A DNA stretch of 64,000 nucleotides from Gemmatimonadales bacterium (GTDB lineage: Bacteria > Gemmatimonadota > Gemmatimonadetes > Gemmatimonadales > GWC2-71-9): contig JBGSKF010000241.1 in the NCBI GenBank assembly GCA_041741375.1, forward strand, positions 1,878-65,877, written 5' to 3'. Positions 1 to 8,047 of this stretch are shown here, piece after piece (position 1 is the stretch's first letter; every line of letters begins with the position of its first letter). Below the pieces are notes generated by a model, which saw only the letters and a list, made by a program, of their open reading frames with translations, was not told where the DNA came from and did no database searches. A program made the translations under genes and the position numbers.

Positions 1-360
1 CGGCTCCCGGGGATACACCCGCACCTCGTCCCATCGCCTGAGAACCACCTGGCCTCGGGGTGCCCCACGGCGCTTGCTCACCTCGGCGGCCCGGCACCAG
101 TGAACCGGCACCTTTCCGCGGGCACGTCGGGCCTCTGAGAACCAGACCGCGATCCGCGCCGCCTCCATCACCACCTCCTTCGGGATCGGTCCTCCCCCCG
201 GGTTCCGGATGACAACATGGCTCCCTGCATGTCCGGCCACATGGAGCCACCCGTCGGCGGGATCGGCGTGCCGGAGGGTCAGTTCCTCGTTGCCCGCCGC
301 ATCCCGGCCGACGAGTACCTGGTAACCACCAATGTCATAGGTCTTCCAGGAATCGGCCAT
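1..360 (-). CDS. DUF814 / NFACT-R_1 domain protein (N-terminal 120 codons; runs off the left edge)
   Basis: Own translation of the minus strand from ATG at 360: MADSWKTYDIGGYQVLVGRDAAGNEELTLRHADPADGWLHVAGHAGSHVVIRNPGG... The VGRxxxxNExL and W-x-H...GSHVV motifs are typical of DUF814. The frame is open to position 1, so it is absent from the ORF track (no stop in window). Confidence 0.55.
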   Translation of the reverse strand, partial: MADSWKTYDIGGYQVLVGRDAAGNEELTLRHADPADGWLHVAGHAGSHVVIRNPGGGPIPKEVVMEAARIAVWFSEARRARGKVPVHWCRAAEVSKRRGAPRGQVVLRRWDEVRVYPREP

Positions 361-427
361 GGCCCGCCTTCCTTTCCTCGTGCCCCACGGGAAGTTAGCT
401 TGCAGCATGGTACGTCGTGGAGGATTC

Positions 428-1798
428 ATGCGCATGCTGCTCGGGGTCGCTGCCGCCCTGTGGGGGATACCCTTCTCCGCAGGAGCCGTGGCGGCCCAGA
501 ATCCAGTAGTCTACCGGATTCCCGTCACGGGGGTCATCGAGAACGGCCTGGCCCCGTACATTGCCCGCGCCCTCTCCGAGGCGGCCGGCGCCGGGGCCAA
601 GGCGGCGATCCTGGACATCGACACTCCCGGGGGGCGGGTGGATGCCGCCCAGCGCATTGCCGATGCCATCCGGGGTTCCGAGGTGCCGGTTTTTGCCTAC
701 GTGAACCCCAGAGCGTACAGTGCGGGGGCTCTGATCGCATTGGCCACCCAGGGCATCTTCATCCGGCCCGGTGGAGTGATCGGCGCGGCCACCCCGGTGG
801 ACGGACAGGGAACCAAGGCGTCGGAGAAGATCGTCTCCGCGATGCGCGGGGAGTTCCGTGGTCTGGCCGAATCGCATGGGCTTGACCCGGCCGTCGCCGA
901 GGCGATGGTGGACGAATCGATCGAGATCCCCGGCATCACGGAAGCGGGAAAACTCCTGACCTTGAGCGCCAACGAGGCCGTCTCGGTTGGCTATGCTCGT
1001 GGCATCCTGGACGACATGGATGCCGTCCTCGACGCGATCGGCCTGGCCGGGGCCACCGTCACCACCCCGAGCCTCAACTGGGCCGAACATCTGGTCCGTT
1101 TCCTCACCAACCCGCTCGTGGCGCCGATGCTCCTCTCCCTGGGCATGCTCGGTCTGGTGTTCGAGGTGAAGAGCGGCGCCTTCGGTCTCGGGGGACTGGT
1201 GAGCCTGGCATCGCTCGGTCTCTTCTTCGGTTCCAACCTTCTGCTCGGTCTGGCGGGATGGGAGGAGGTCCTCATGCTTGGTCTCGGAATGATCGCCGTG
1301 GGGATCGAGGTCTTCCTGCTCCCCGGGTTCGGAGTGGCGGGCATCCTCGGTGCCGTACTGATCGGTGGAGCCACCGTCATGGCGATGCTGGGGTCCGCCC
1401 CCACCCTGGCAGACTTCAGCCAGGCGGCAGCGATCCTCGGCGCGAGCCTCATCATCACGGCGGCCGTGTTCATCGCCTGGCTCCGACACATTCCGAACTC
1501 GACGCGATTCACCGGTCTCTTCCTGAGTCGGACCACGCAGGCCAGTGAGGGGTTTGTTTCGGCCCCGACCCGTCCGGAGCTGGTGGGACAGGTGGGAATC
1601 GCGGTCACGTCGCTTCGGCCCAGTGGCACCGCCCGCTTCGGGGAGGAACGGGTGGACGTGGTCACCGATGGAGAGTTTCTGGCCGCGGGCACCGCCATTC
1701 GTGCTCTGCGCAGTGAAGGATATCGGCTCGTGGTTGAATCGGTGCCCGAGATCGCGGCGCCGACGACGTCCACCCCTCGTGAACAGGAGTCAACGTGA
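428..1798 (+). CDS. NfeD-family membrane-bound ClpP-class serine protease
   Basis: ORF 359..1798. Start placed at ATG 428 ([13 protein letters not shown], signal-like). ClpP-like domain ([25 protein letters not shown]), a multi-TM middle, and a C-terminal NfeD-type soluble domain. The stop overlaps the floA start (GTGA). Confidence 0.8.
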   Translation: MRMLLGVAAALWGIPFSAGAVAAQNPVVYRIPVTGVIENGLAPYIARALSEAAGAGAKAAILDIDTPGGRVDAAQRIADAIRGSEVPVFAYVNPRAYSAGALIALATQGIFIRPGGVIGAATPVDGQGTKASEKIVSAMRGEFRGLAESHGLDPAVAEAMVDESIEIPGITEAGKLLTLSANEAVSVGYARGILDDMDAVLDAIGLAGATVTTPSLNWAEHLVRFLTNPLVAPMLLSLGMLGLVFEVKSGAFGLGGLVSLASLGLFFGSNLLLGLAGWEEVLMLGLGMIAVGIEVFLLPGFGVAGILGAVLIGGATVMAMLGSAPTLADFSQAAAILGASLIITAAVFIAWLRHIPNSTRFTGLFLSRTTQASEGFVSAPTRPELVGQVGIAVTSLRPSGTARFGEERVDVVTDGEFLAAGTAIRALRSEGYRLVVESVPEIAAPTTSTPREQEST

Positions 1799-2790
1799 AT
1801 CTCGACCAGATCGCCCCGGGCCTGCTGATTGGGCTCATCGTCATTGCGTTCATCGCCATCACCATCGTCTTCCGTTTCATTCCGATCGGGCTCTGGATCA
1901 CGGCACTCTTTTCCGGGGTGCGCATCTCCTTCCTCACCCTCTTCGGCATGCGGTTCCGGCGGGTGAATCCGCAGGCGATCGTGCTCCCGATGATCGCGGC
2001 CCACAAGGCGGGGATCCAGCTCGCCACCAACGATCTGGAAAGCCACTACCTGGCTGGCGGAAACATCCAGCGGGTGGTGAGCGCCCTGATCTCGGCCGAC
2101 AAGGCGGGCATTCCGCTCAACTACAAGCAGGCCACCGCGATCGACCTCGCGGGCCGCGATGTGTTCGAGGCGGTGCAGGTGTCGGTGAACCCGAAGGTGA
2201 TCACCACCCCGAAGGTGGCGGCGATGGCCAAGGACGGCATCCAGTTGCTCGCCCTGGCGCGCGTCACGGTCCGTGCCAACATCAACCGGCTGGTGGGTGG
2301 CGCCGGCGAGGAGACAATTCTGGCGCGGGTCGGCGAGGGGATCGTGAGCACCATCGGGTCGGCCGAGTCCCACAAGAAAGTGCTCGAAAACCCCGACATG
2401 ATCTCGAAGACGGTGCTGGCGAAAGGTCTCGACGCCGGGACCGCGTTCGAGATCCTCTCCATCGACATTGCGGATGTGGACGTGGGGAAGAACATCGGGG
2501 CCGAACTCCAGACCGACCAGGCCGAGGCCGACAAGCGCATCGCCCAGGCCAAGGCCGAGGAACGCCGGGCACTGGCGGTGGCCATGGAGCAGGAGTACAA
2601 GGCGGAAACCCAGAAGGAACGGGCCAAGGTCGTGGCCGCGGAGGCCCAGATTCCCCTCGCGATGGCCGAGGCCTTCCGGAACGGCACCATGGGTGTGATG
2701 GACTACCAGCGCTACCGGAACGTGGAAGCGGACACGAAGATGCGCCGCTCCATCGCCGACGGCGACGCCCCCGACACCTCGGCGAGCTGA
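1795..2790 (+). CDS. floA: Flotillin-like protein FloA (UPF0365/YqfA family)
   Basis: 331 aa with an N-terminal TM hairpin, then motifs matching the FloA family ([44 protein letters not shown]). It follows nfeD, as in the B. subtilis yqeZ-yqfA pair. Confidence 0.9.
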   Translation: MNLDQIAPGLLIGLIVIAFIAITIVFRFIPIGLWITALFSGVRISFLTLFGMRFRRVNPQAIVLPMIAAHKAGIQLATNDLESHYLAGGNIQRVVSALISADKAGIPLNYKQATAIDLAGRDVFEAVQVSVNPKVITTPKVAAMAKDGIQLLALARVTVRANINRLVGGAGEETILARVGEGIVSTIGSAESHKKVLENPDMISKTVLAKGLDAGTAFEILSIDIADVDVGKNIGAELQTDQAEADKRIAQAKAEERRALAVAMEQEYKAETQKERAKVVAAEAQIPLAMAEAFRNGTMGVMDYQRYRNVEADTKMRRSIADGDAPDTSAS

Positions 2791-2796
2791 TCCGCG

Positions 2797-3423
2797 ATGG
2801 AAGGTCTCTTTGGACTCCTCCTGCTGTACGGCGTGCTGGCCCTGATCGGTGCGGCCCAGCGCGCCGGTAAAGGGAAAGGCAAAGGGAGGCGGCCGCCGTC
2901 CCGCCCGGTGCCTGAAGCCGAGGTACCGGACCTGCCCGAGTTGCCGGAACCGAGCGGAGGCACTCGCAGCGAGGGATTCGACCTCGACCGGTGGCTTCGC
3001 CAGTTGGAGGGGGGCGTTCCCGTCGAGGGCGAAGGAGGCCCTCGGGGTCGTCGCGCCGATCGGGCACTCCCCGAGGCCGAGGAGGTGGAGGATCGGGAGA
3101 CGTTGGAGACCGAACCCGTGGTCGTCCCCCACGAATACGTGGAGCGGCCGGAGCGCGTGGTCGTCGACTATGACGCCGCGGCCCAGCGCACCGTGGCGCG
3201 TCGGGTCGCCGCGGCCGAGAAGCGGGACCATGCCCTCACCCTCGCTGACCATCGCCGGTTCGATGCCCGGATCCGCCCGGCGCCGCCCTCGGTCACACCG
3301 GCCGTCGCCCGAGTCCCGATCCGGAAATCGCTCTCCGGGGCCTCTCTCCGCCAGGCCATCATCCTCCGCGAGGTGCTCGGGCCGCCGGTGAGCGAACGGG
3401 GTGAACCCCGCGATTTCGAGTGA
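2797..3423 (+). CDS. Hypothetical membrane-anchored protein (third gene of the nfeD-floA operon)
   Basis: 208 aa with one N-terminal TM helix (LFGLLLLYGVLALIGAA), then a charged, Pro/Glu/Arg-rich, probably disordered region. No family recognised. The stop overlaps the tyrA start (GTGA). Confidence 0.5.
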   Translation: MEGLFGLLLLYGVLALIGAAQRAGKGKGKGRRPPSRPVPEAEVPDLPELPEPSGGTRSEGFDLDRWLRQLEGGVPVEGEGGPRGRRADRALPEAEEVEDRETLETEPVVVPHEYVERPERVVVDYDAAAQRTVARRVAAAEKRDHALTLADHRRFDARIRPAPPSVTPAVARVPIRKSLSGASLRQAIILREVLGPPVSERGEPRDFE

Positions 3424-4556
3424 CTCCACCGGACGACTCTCCCCCCCCTCCACCGCCGGGACTCGACGCCCTCCGGGCCCGGATCGCGGCGGTGGACCGG
3501 GAGCTCATGGCTCTGGTGACCGAACGTCTGGCACTGGCCGAGCAGATCGGTGCCACCAAGCGTGTGCGGGGTCTCCCAATCCGGAACTATGGCACCGAAA
3601 CGGAGGTCCTGGCGCGGTATCGCGAAGCGGCGGCCGCCGCGGGGCTCGAGCCCGAATTCGGTGAGGGGCTCGCCGGCATGCTGATCGCCGAAGCGGTGCG
3701 GCGCCAGGAGGAGGGTCTGGGGCCGACGGGCAACGCGGCCGCCGCACTGGAGGTGCTGATCCTGGGCGGGGCCGGCAAGATGGGCCTCTGGTTCACCAAT
3801 TTTTTCCGGGGGCAGGGTCATCGGGTTCTCCGGCTCGACCCGGCACTGCCGGCGGGGAGTCCCGACGCGGCGTCCGGCATCGAGGCGGTGGACACGGCGG
3901 ACGTCATCCTCCTCGCCATGCCCCTCTCGCTGGGTCCGGAACTGCTGGAGACGGTACTCGCCCGGAGCCCTCACGGCCTCGTGGTCGACATCTCGAGCCT
4001 CAAGAGCCACCTGATCGGCGTGCTCCGAGAGGGGGCTGCGCGCGGGTCCCGGGTGGCGAGCCTTCACCCTCTCTTCGGTCCCGGAGTGCGCACCCTCGCG
4101 GGCCGAATCATGGCAGTGTGTGACTGCGGAAACCCTGACGCAGCGGACCAGGCGGCCGGCCTCTTCGCGGACACCGCGGTGACCCTCGTCCGGCATCCGA
4201 TCGAGGAGCATGACCAGTTCATGCAGTATGTACTCGGCCTGAGCCACGCCGTGTCCCTCCTGTTTGCCACGACGCTGGCCCACAGCGGGCGATCCTATCA
4301 GGACCTTGCCGCCCTGGCGAGCACCACGTTCCTGAAACAGGTGAGGACCGCCGGGGAGGTGGTGCGGGAGAACCCCGGCATGTACCACGAGATTCAGCAC
4401 CTGAACCGGCACACACCGGCGCTGTTCCGTCTGCTGGCCGAGCGATTGGACACGCTCCAGGCCGCGGCGACCGCCGACGATCCGGCGCCCTTCGTGGCGT
4501 TGATGGAGGAGGCTCGGCGGTATTTCCCGGAGACGGTGGAGACGGCGTTACCGTAG
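3420..4556 (+). CDS. tyrA: Bifunctional chorismate mutase / prephenate dehydrogenase
   Basis: N-terminal AroQ chorismate mutase helix pattern (LDALRARIAAVDRELMALVTERLALAEQIGATK). This is followed by a Rossmann GxGxxG (ILGGAGKMG) and prephenate dehydrogenase motifs (VVDISSLK, SLHPLFGP). Confidence 0.8.
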   Translation: MTPPDDSPPPPPPGLDALRARIAAVDRELMALVTERLALAEQIGATKRVRGLPIRNYGTETEVLARYREAAAAAGLEPEFGEGLAGMLIAEAVRRQEEGLGPTGNAAAALEVLILGGAGKMGLWFTNFFRGQGHRVLRLDPALPAGSPDAASGIEAVDTADVILLAMPLSLGPELLETVLARSPHGLVVDISSLKSHLIGVLREGAARGSRVASLHPLFGPGVRTLAGRIMAVCDCGNPDAADQAAGLFADTAVTLVRHPIEEHDQFMQYVLGLSHAVSLLFATTLAHSGRSYQDLAALASTTFLKQVRTAGEVVRENPGMYHEIQHLNRHTPALFRLLAERLDTLQAAATADDPAPFVALMEEARRYFPETVETALP

Positions 4557-4569
4557 GGGAGAACAGACA

Positions 4570-4618
4570 GGACCTAGGACATAGGACATAGGACATAGGA
4601 CATAGGGCAGAGGCCCGT
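4570..4618. repeat. Heptamer tandem array, GGACATA type (left arm of cassette A)
   Basis: Read directly: GGACCTA GGACATA GGACATA GGACATA GGACATA GGGCAGA GGCCCGT. It starts 14 nt after the tyrA stop and ends 2 nt before the stop of the 4HB gene. Confidence 0.9.
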
Positions 4619-4620
4619 CC

Positions 4621-5037
4621 TTAGCTCCTGCGGGATCTCCGGCGGAGTGCTCCCAGCATCTTCCCCACCTCATCCATCAGGCCCCGGACGTGGACGGTGT
4701 CCTTGTTGGCGAGAAATCCCACCTGCTCGCACAGCTCCAGGAGTGTTTCCACCTCTGCCAAAGAGCCGTGGGCAATGGCCAGAAACTGAGCCCGCTCGCG
4801 GACGGATTCGCGGACCCACCCTTCCGCAATGTTCGCGGGAACGGACGCCGCGGCACGGGTGATTTGCGACCGGAGACCATAGACCTCCTCCGTCGGGAGA
4901 CGTGGGGCCATGCGATAGATGTCCGTCGCCACGTCCATGGCTTTGCGCCAGACGGTCAACTTGCGGTAGTACAGGCCCACGAAGGCATCCTCTGTCTGGG
5001 GTGCATCCCAGACTACACATCGCCTTGAATTCTGCAT
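4621..5037 (-). CDS. Four-helix-bundle protein (23S rRNA intervening-sequence protein family, PF05635/TIGR02436-like)
   Basis: ORF 4621..5082. Start moved to ATG 5037 (MQNSRR...). Family hallmarks: YRKLTVWRKAMDVATDIYR, GLRSQITRAAASVPANIAEG, AHGSLAEVETLLELC. Confidence 0.8.
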   Translation of the reverse strand: MQNSRRCVVWDAPQTEDAFVGLYYRKLTVWRKAMDVATDIYRMAPRLPTEEVYGLRSQITRAAASVPANIAEGWVRESVRERAQFLAIAHGSLAEVETLLELCEQVGFLANKDTVHVRGLMDEVGKMLGALRRRSRRS

Positions 5038-5101
5038 GATCCATCCATGACATCCTGTCACGGCAGGTCGTGGATTTCCCACCAGATCGCGGATCCCGCG
5101 C

Positions 5102-5172
5102 GTCCCTATGTCCTCTGTCCTCTGTTGTCCTATGTCCTCCCTCTTGTCCTACGTCCTCTGTCCTATCCTGTC
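5102..5172. repeat. Degenerate heptamer array, TGTCCTN/TATGTCC type (right arm of cassette A, inverted relative to 4570-4618)
   Basis: GTCC cores at 5102, 5110, 5117, 5127, 5134, 5147, 5153 and 5160, mostly spaced 6-8 nt apart. The units are the reverse complement of GGACATA/GGACAGA. Confidence 0.85.
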
Positions 5173-5180
5173 ACCCCCCC

Positions 5181-5630
5181 TCAGGGATCCTGCCTGCTGA
5201 GCGTCACCTCGGCGAGAATCCCGCCGCCGGCGTCGCCCGATGAGGTGAGCGTCTGTCCGGCGATGGTCCAGACGAAGTCGCGGATGAAGGTGTCGGCCGA
5301 TTGCGTGAACCGCAGGGTGGACCCCGTGACCGTGAACGTGCCGACCAGGTTCGTGGTGAAGGCGTCCCCGAACTCCGGGGTGTCGGGAATGATCATTTGT
5401 CCGGTGACCCCTCCGGTGGCTGTGAGGGTGACCTCGATACTGCCCCCTCGGGCCAGCATGTTCACGACCGGGTTGGTCCCCTCGCGAAGGGTGAACGTCG
5501 TGGTGCTGTAGTCACCCGCGACGCCGGCCGTCGGACCCATCGGGTCGTCGTCGTCGTCGCTGCACCCGGCGAGAAGGAGGACGAACGGAAACAGCAGGCT
5601 GGTGCGCAACATCCGGGTGTGGGGCTTCAT
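5181..5630 (-). CDS. Hypothetical lipoprotein
   Basis: ORF 5181..5696. Start at ATG 5630 (MKPHTRMLRTSLLFPFVLLLAGCSDDDDD, a lipobox LAGC). The rest is beta-rich, and no family was recognised. Confidence 0.6.
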   Translation of the reverse strand: MKPHTRMLRTSLLFPFVLLLAGCSDDDDDPMGPTAGVAGDYSTTTFTLREGTNPVVNMLARGGSIEVTLTATGGVTGQMIIPDTPEFGDAFTTNLVGTFTVTGSTLRFTQSADTFIRDFVWTIAGQTLTSSGDAGGGILAEVTLSRQDP

Positions 5631-5753
5631 GAGGCACCTCTGTCCATCAGGGAAAGTCGCGATTCCGGCCGCTGGATGGCGACCGGGTGTGGCCATCGTG
5701 CTGTCGGGAACTCGTGGTGACGTCCGACGGAATCACCGGGAACGCAGCGGTGA

Positions 5754-6251
5754 TCATTTCCCGAAACCGACCCGGATCCCGCCCCAGAAAAATCCCGCGA
5801 CGGAACCATCCTTGAACCCGCGCGCCTCCACGAAGGGCCGGAGCCATCCCCGGCCCGCCTCCATGCCGGCGCCGAAATGAAACCCCATGTCGTCCGACGT
5901 CACCCTGCCGGCAGGGGAAGGGAAGGGGCTCGATGCATGTTCCAGAGAGAGACCACCGAGGAGGTAAGGGCTCGCAAGACCGGAGTGCAGAACGAATCGG
6001 AGTCCCGCTTCATAGTTCGCAAGGTCGACACCGGGGGGGACATCCGTGACCCAGGTTCCGGTGACGTAGCCGACCAGGCGGGGGAATATCCGAACCGCAA
6101 CCTGGCCTCCCGCGAGGCCCCGCCCATCATCCAGTACCCCTCCATGGCCGCCAACCTGAATCAACCGTTGCTGGGCTCCGGCGCTGACCGCGGTCACGGC
6201 GAGGAGAACCCCACAAATCCATCCGATCCTCTTGAGCATCTGGCCCCTCAT
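5754..6251 (-). CDS. Small outer-membrane beta-barrel protein (OmpA_membrane/OMP_b-brl-like)
   Basis: ORF 5754..6371. Start at ATG 6251 or 6239 (MLKRIGWICGVLLAVTAVSAGAQ signal peptide). Alternating Gly/aromatic beta-strand pattern with a C-terminal ...GIRVGFGK. Confidence 0.6.
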   Translation of the reverse strand: MRGQMLKRIGWICGVLLAVTAVSAGAQQRLIQVGGHGGVLDDGRGLAGGQVAVRIFPRLVGYVTGTWVTDVPPGVDLANYEAGLRFVLHSGLASPYLLGGLSLEHASSPFPSPAGRVTSDDMGFHFGAGMEAGRGWLRPFVEARGFKDGSVAGFFWGGIRVGFGK

Positions 6252-6398
6252 GTCGTGGACGTTGACGATTTCGACTCTCCCTGGCCCAGCCCGGGGAGGT
6301 GACTGAGGGTAAGGCACACCCCGTGAGTGACTTCCCGATCGCGAGATCGGCTGCACTGTGCGCTCCCTCACCCACCCCTAGAGGGCAGACCCGGTCCG

Positions 6399-7745
6399 CT
6401 AATACTTCACAATCTTCATCCGGCCCTCTATCGCGCCACTCATGTTCGCAATCGCAAAATTCGCGTCCGAGTAGGTCTGACCCACATCACCAGGCTTGAC
6501 GAGTATCCCGATGATATCGTCCTTGCTACTTGAGGTCAGTGCTCCGAGCACTGTGCGGGCCAGGTTGAGCGCCAGGAGAATCGGATCTTGAGGGCCGGCT
6601 CTATTCCTCCACTCTATCCTACCTCCCAAAACGCCGAGGCGAGTCCCCGCGAGGAACTCCTGTAAACCAGGATCTCCGTTCCCGAGGTTGATCACACACG
6701 CGGTGTTATCGTCCTCGAACACCCAATAGCCCACAGCGGAGTCGGGTACCGCTGCCGCGTCGATCTGAGCCTGGCTCAGGATGAGGGTCCGACTGTCCCA
6801 GGTTTGGCTGTTCTGGTCCCAGAAGTAATCGCTGCTCTTGATGCCCGGCCCGCCTCTCCCCTGATCTCCAGCGTGGGCCCCCACACACTGGTTGAAAGTC
6901 ATCGAGCTGGCTCCAGGAGCAAGCTTGAATACCGGGAGGATCTCATATTCAGGATCCCCTCCAAGGAATCCCTCGTGGTCATCGGCGATGAAGCTGAACT
7001 CCAGGTTGATCCCCGGCAGCGGCGGTGGCGGTGGGTTGGAGCCGCCGCCGGTATCCTCGGAACAGTCGATGGCCATCGGGTCACACTCCGACAGCATGAT
7101 GAAGGGTGATCGCGGGAATCGTGTTTCGGAACGCACGAGAGCAATGACCGGGATACCGGGCGGAGTCTCGGCGGACGTGAGTGTCACCTGGTTGCCCTGG
7201 ACGTCGTATGCGATCGGAATGTCGGTGTCGATGTCGAACGAAGTGGCGACCACAATGTTGGCATCCCCGGTCCACCGGGCGAAGTGCTCCTTGACCGGAA
7301 CGTAGAGTTCGAGATCCACGGCGGTATCCCGAATGGCCCGGATTCTTGGGACATCGGAACCAAGGCGCCGAGCCAGCTCTGCGATGAGGGGCGAGCCCGC
7401 CTGGTCCAGGTAGGTGGCGAAATGGATCTTGTGTTCCTTGACCCTGGAGTCCTGGATTGCCTGGTAAACGGCTTGTCGTACTGAATCGTTCGCCAAGGCC
7501 ATCGCTGTCAGCCTTGCGAGCGTGGTCATGGCTCGAAAGGCGTCAATCTCTGAAACCGGCCCGGCTCCGAGGCTGGCTGTGGTCCGAGAAAGTTGTGCGG
7601 AGGTGGGCCCCGATACTGGGGCGCGTGGCGTGGAGGCCGTCGGCTCTCCGCTACAGCCGAGCATTCCGGCAACGAGCATGCTCGCAAGTAGCGGGAGTCG
7701 GAGTCGAGTTACTCTGCCGGGGGGTGGGGGGAGGAAATTGTGCAT
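6399..7745 (-). CDS. Hypothetical two-domain lipoprotein, no family recognised
   Basis: 448 aa with lipobox LVAGMLGC. A poly-Pro linker (GGGSNPPPPPLPG) separates the two halves. Spot G+C is about 53% (line 6901). Confidence 0.55.
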   Translation of the reverse strand: MHNFLPPPPGRVTRLRLPLLASMLVAGMLGCSGEPTASTPRAPVSGPTSAQLSRTTASLGAGPVSEIDAFRAMTTLARLTAMALANDSVRQAVYQAIQDSRVKEHKIHFATYLDQAGSPLIAELARRLGSDVPRIRAIRDTAVDLELYVPVKEHFARWTGDANIVVATSFDIDTDIPIAYDVQGNQVTLTSAETPPGIPVIALVRSETRFPRSPFIMLSECDPMAIDCSEDTGGGSNPPPPPLPGINLEFSFIADDHEGFLGGDPEYEILPVFKLAPGASSMTFNQCVGAHAGDQGRGGPGIKSSDYFWDQNSQTWDSRTLILSQAQIDAAAVPDSAVGYWVFEDDNTACVINLGNGDPGLQEFLAGTRLGVLGGRIEWRNRAGPQDPILLALNLARTVLGALTSSSKDDIIGILVKPGDVGQTYSDANFAIANMSGAIEGRMKIVKY

Positions 7746-7844
7746 GGACCAACCCTTTCGTCATCATGCTCCGGCCCCGGGCAGAGCGTCCCATCAAGCG
7801 GTGAGCGTTCCCCGAAGTCATGGGACGCAAACCCCACGCGAGGA

Positions 7845-7874
7845 ACCATACTGCCTCAGTGCCGATCGTGTCAA
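7845..7874 (-). promoter_or_regulatory. Candidate sigma70-type promoter for the 6399-7745 gene
   Basis: The minus strand reads TTGACA (7874-7869), an 18-nt spacer, then TATGGT (7850-7845). This lies about 100 nt upstream of the ATG at 7745. Confidence 0.4.
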
Positions 7875-7891
7875 GTCTTTGACACGATCGG
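7862..7891. promoter_or_regulatory. Perfect 13-bp inverted repeat (candidate operator)
   Basis: CCGATCGTGTCAA (7862-7874), loop GTCT, TTGACACGATCGG (7879-7891). It lies in the divergent intergenic region and overlaps the -35 element above. Confidence 0.5.
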
Positions 7892-7990
7892 TGCCTGCCG
7901 AGAGGACATGGGGGCGCCGTTGAAGTAGCGTGAAGGTTCAGGAATCAACCCACGCGACGACCTCAACAAGCAGTCGGCTACGACAAATAT

Positions 7991-8019
7991 TTGACAATTC
8001 CCATGACATGAACTAGCTT
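7991..8019 (+). promoter_or_regulatory. Candidate promoter for the protease gene
   Basis: TTGACA (7991-7996), a 17-nt spacer, then TAGCTT (8014-8019). An AAGGA ribosome-binding site precedes the ATG at 8048. The -10 element is weak. Confidence 0.3.
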
Positions 8020-8047
8020 GGCACCATCCCTTTCAAGGATAAAATTA

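Noticed and set aside
991-3453. An 820-aa minus-strand ORF antisense to nfeD/floA. Similar long antisense or off-frame ORFs occur elsewhere: 11829..14690, 17340..18767, 19538..21067, 25321..26895, 26594..28000, 33948..36314, 37931..39979, 44816..46441, 46257..47915, 50476..52572, 52514..54052, 54052..55896, 55418..56968, 58070..59290 and 60280..61974.
   Set aside because: Their Arg/Gly/Pro/His-rich, low-complexity translations have no recognisable motifs. Each lies opposite or out of frame to a gene with unmistakable family motifs. This is a typical stop-codon-poor artefact of high-GC DNA.
4570-5172. A diversity-generating retroelement, because Avd-like four-helix-bundle proteins accompany DGRs.
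   Set aside because: No reverse transcriptase ORF, no template/variable repeat pair and no target gene are visible anywhere nearby.
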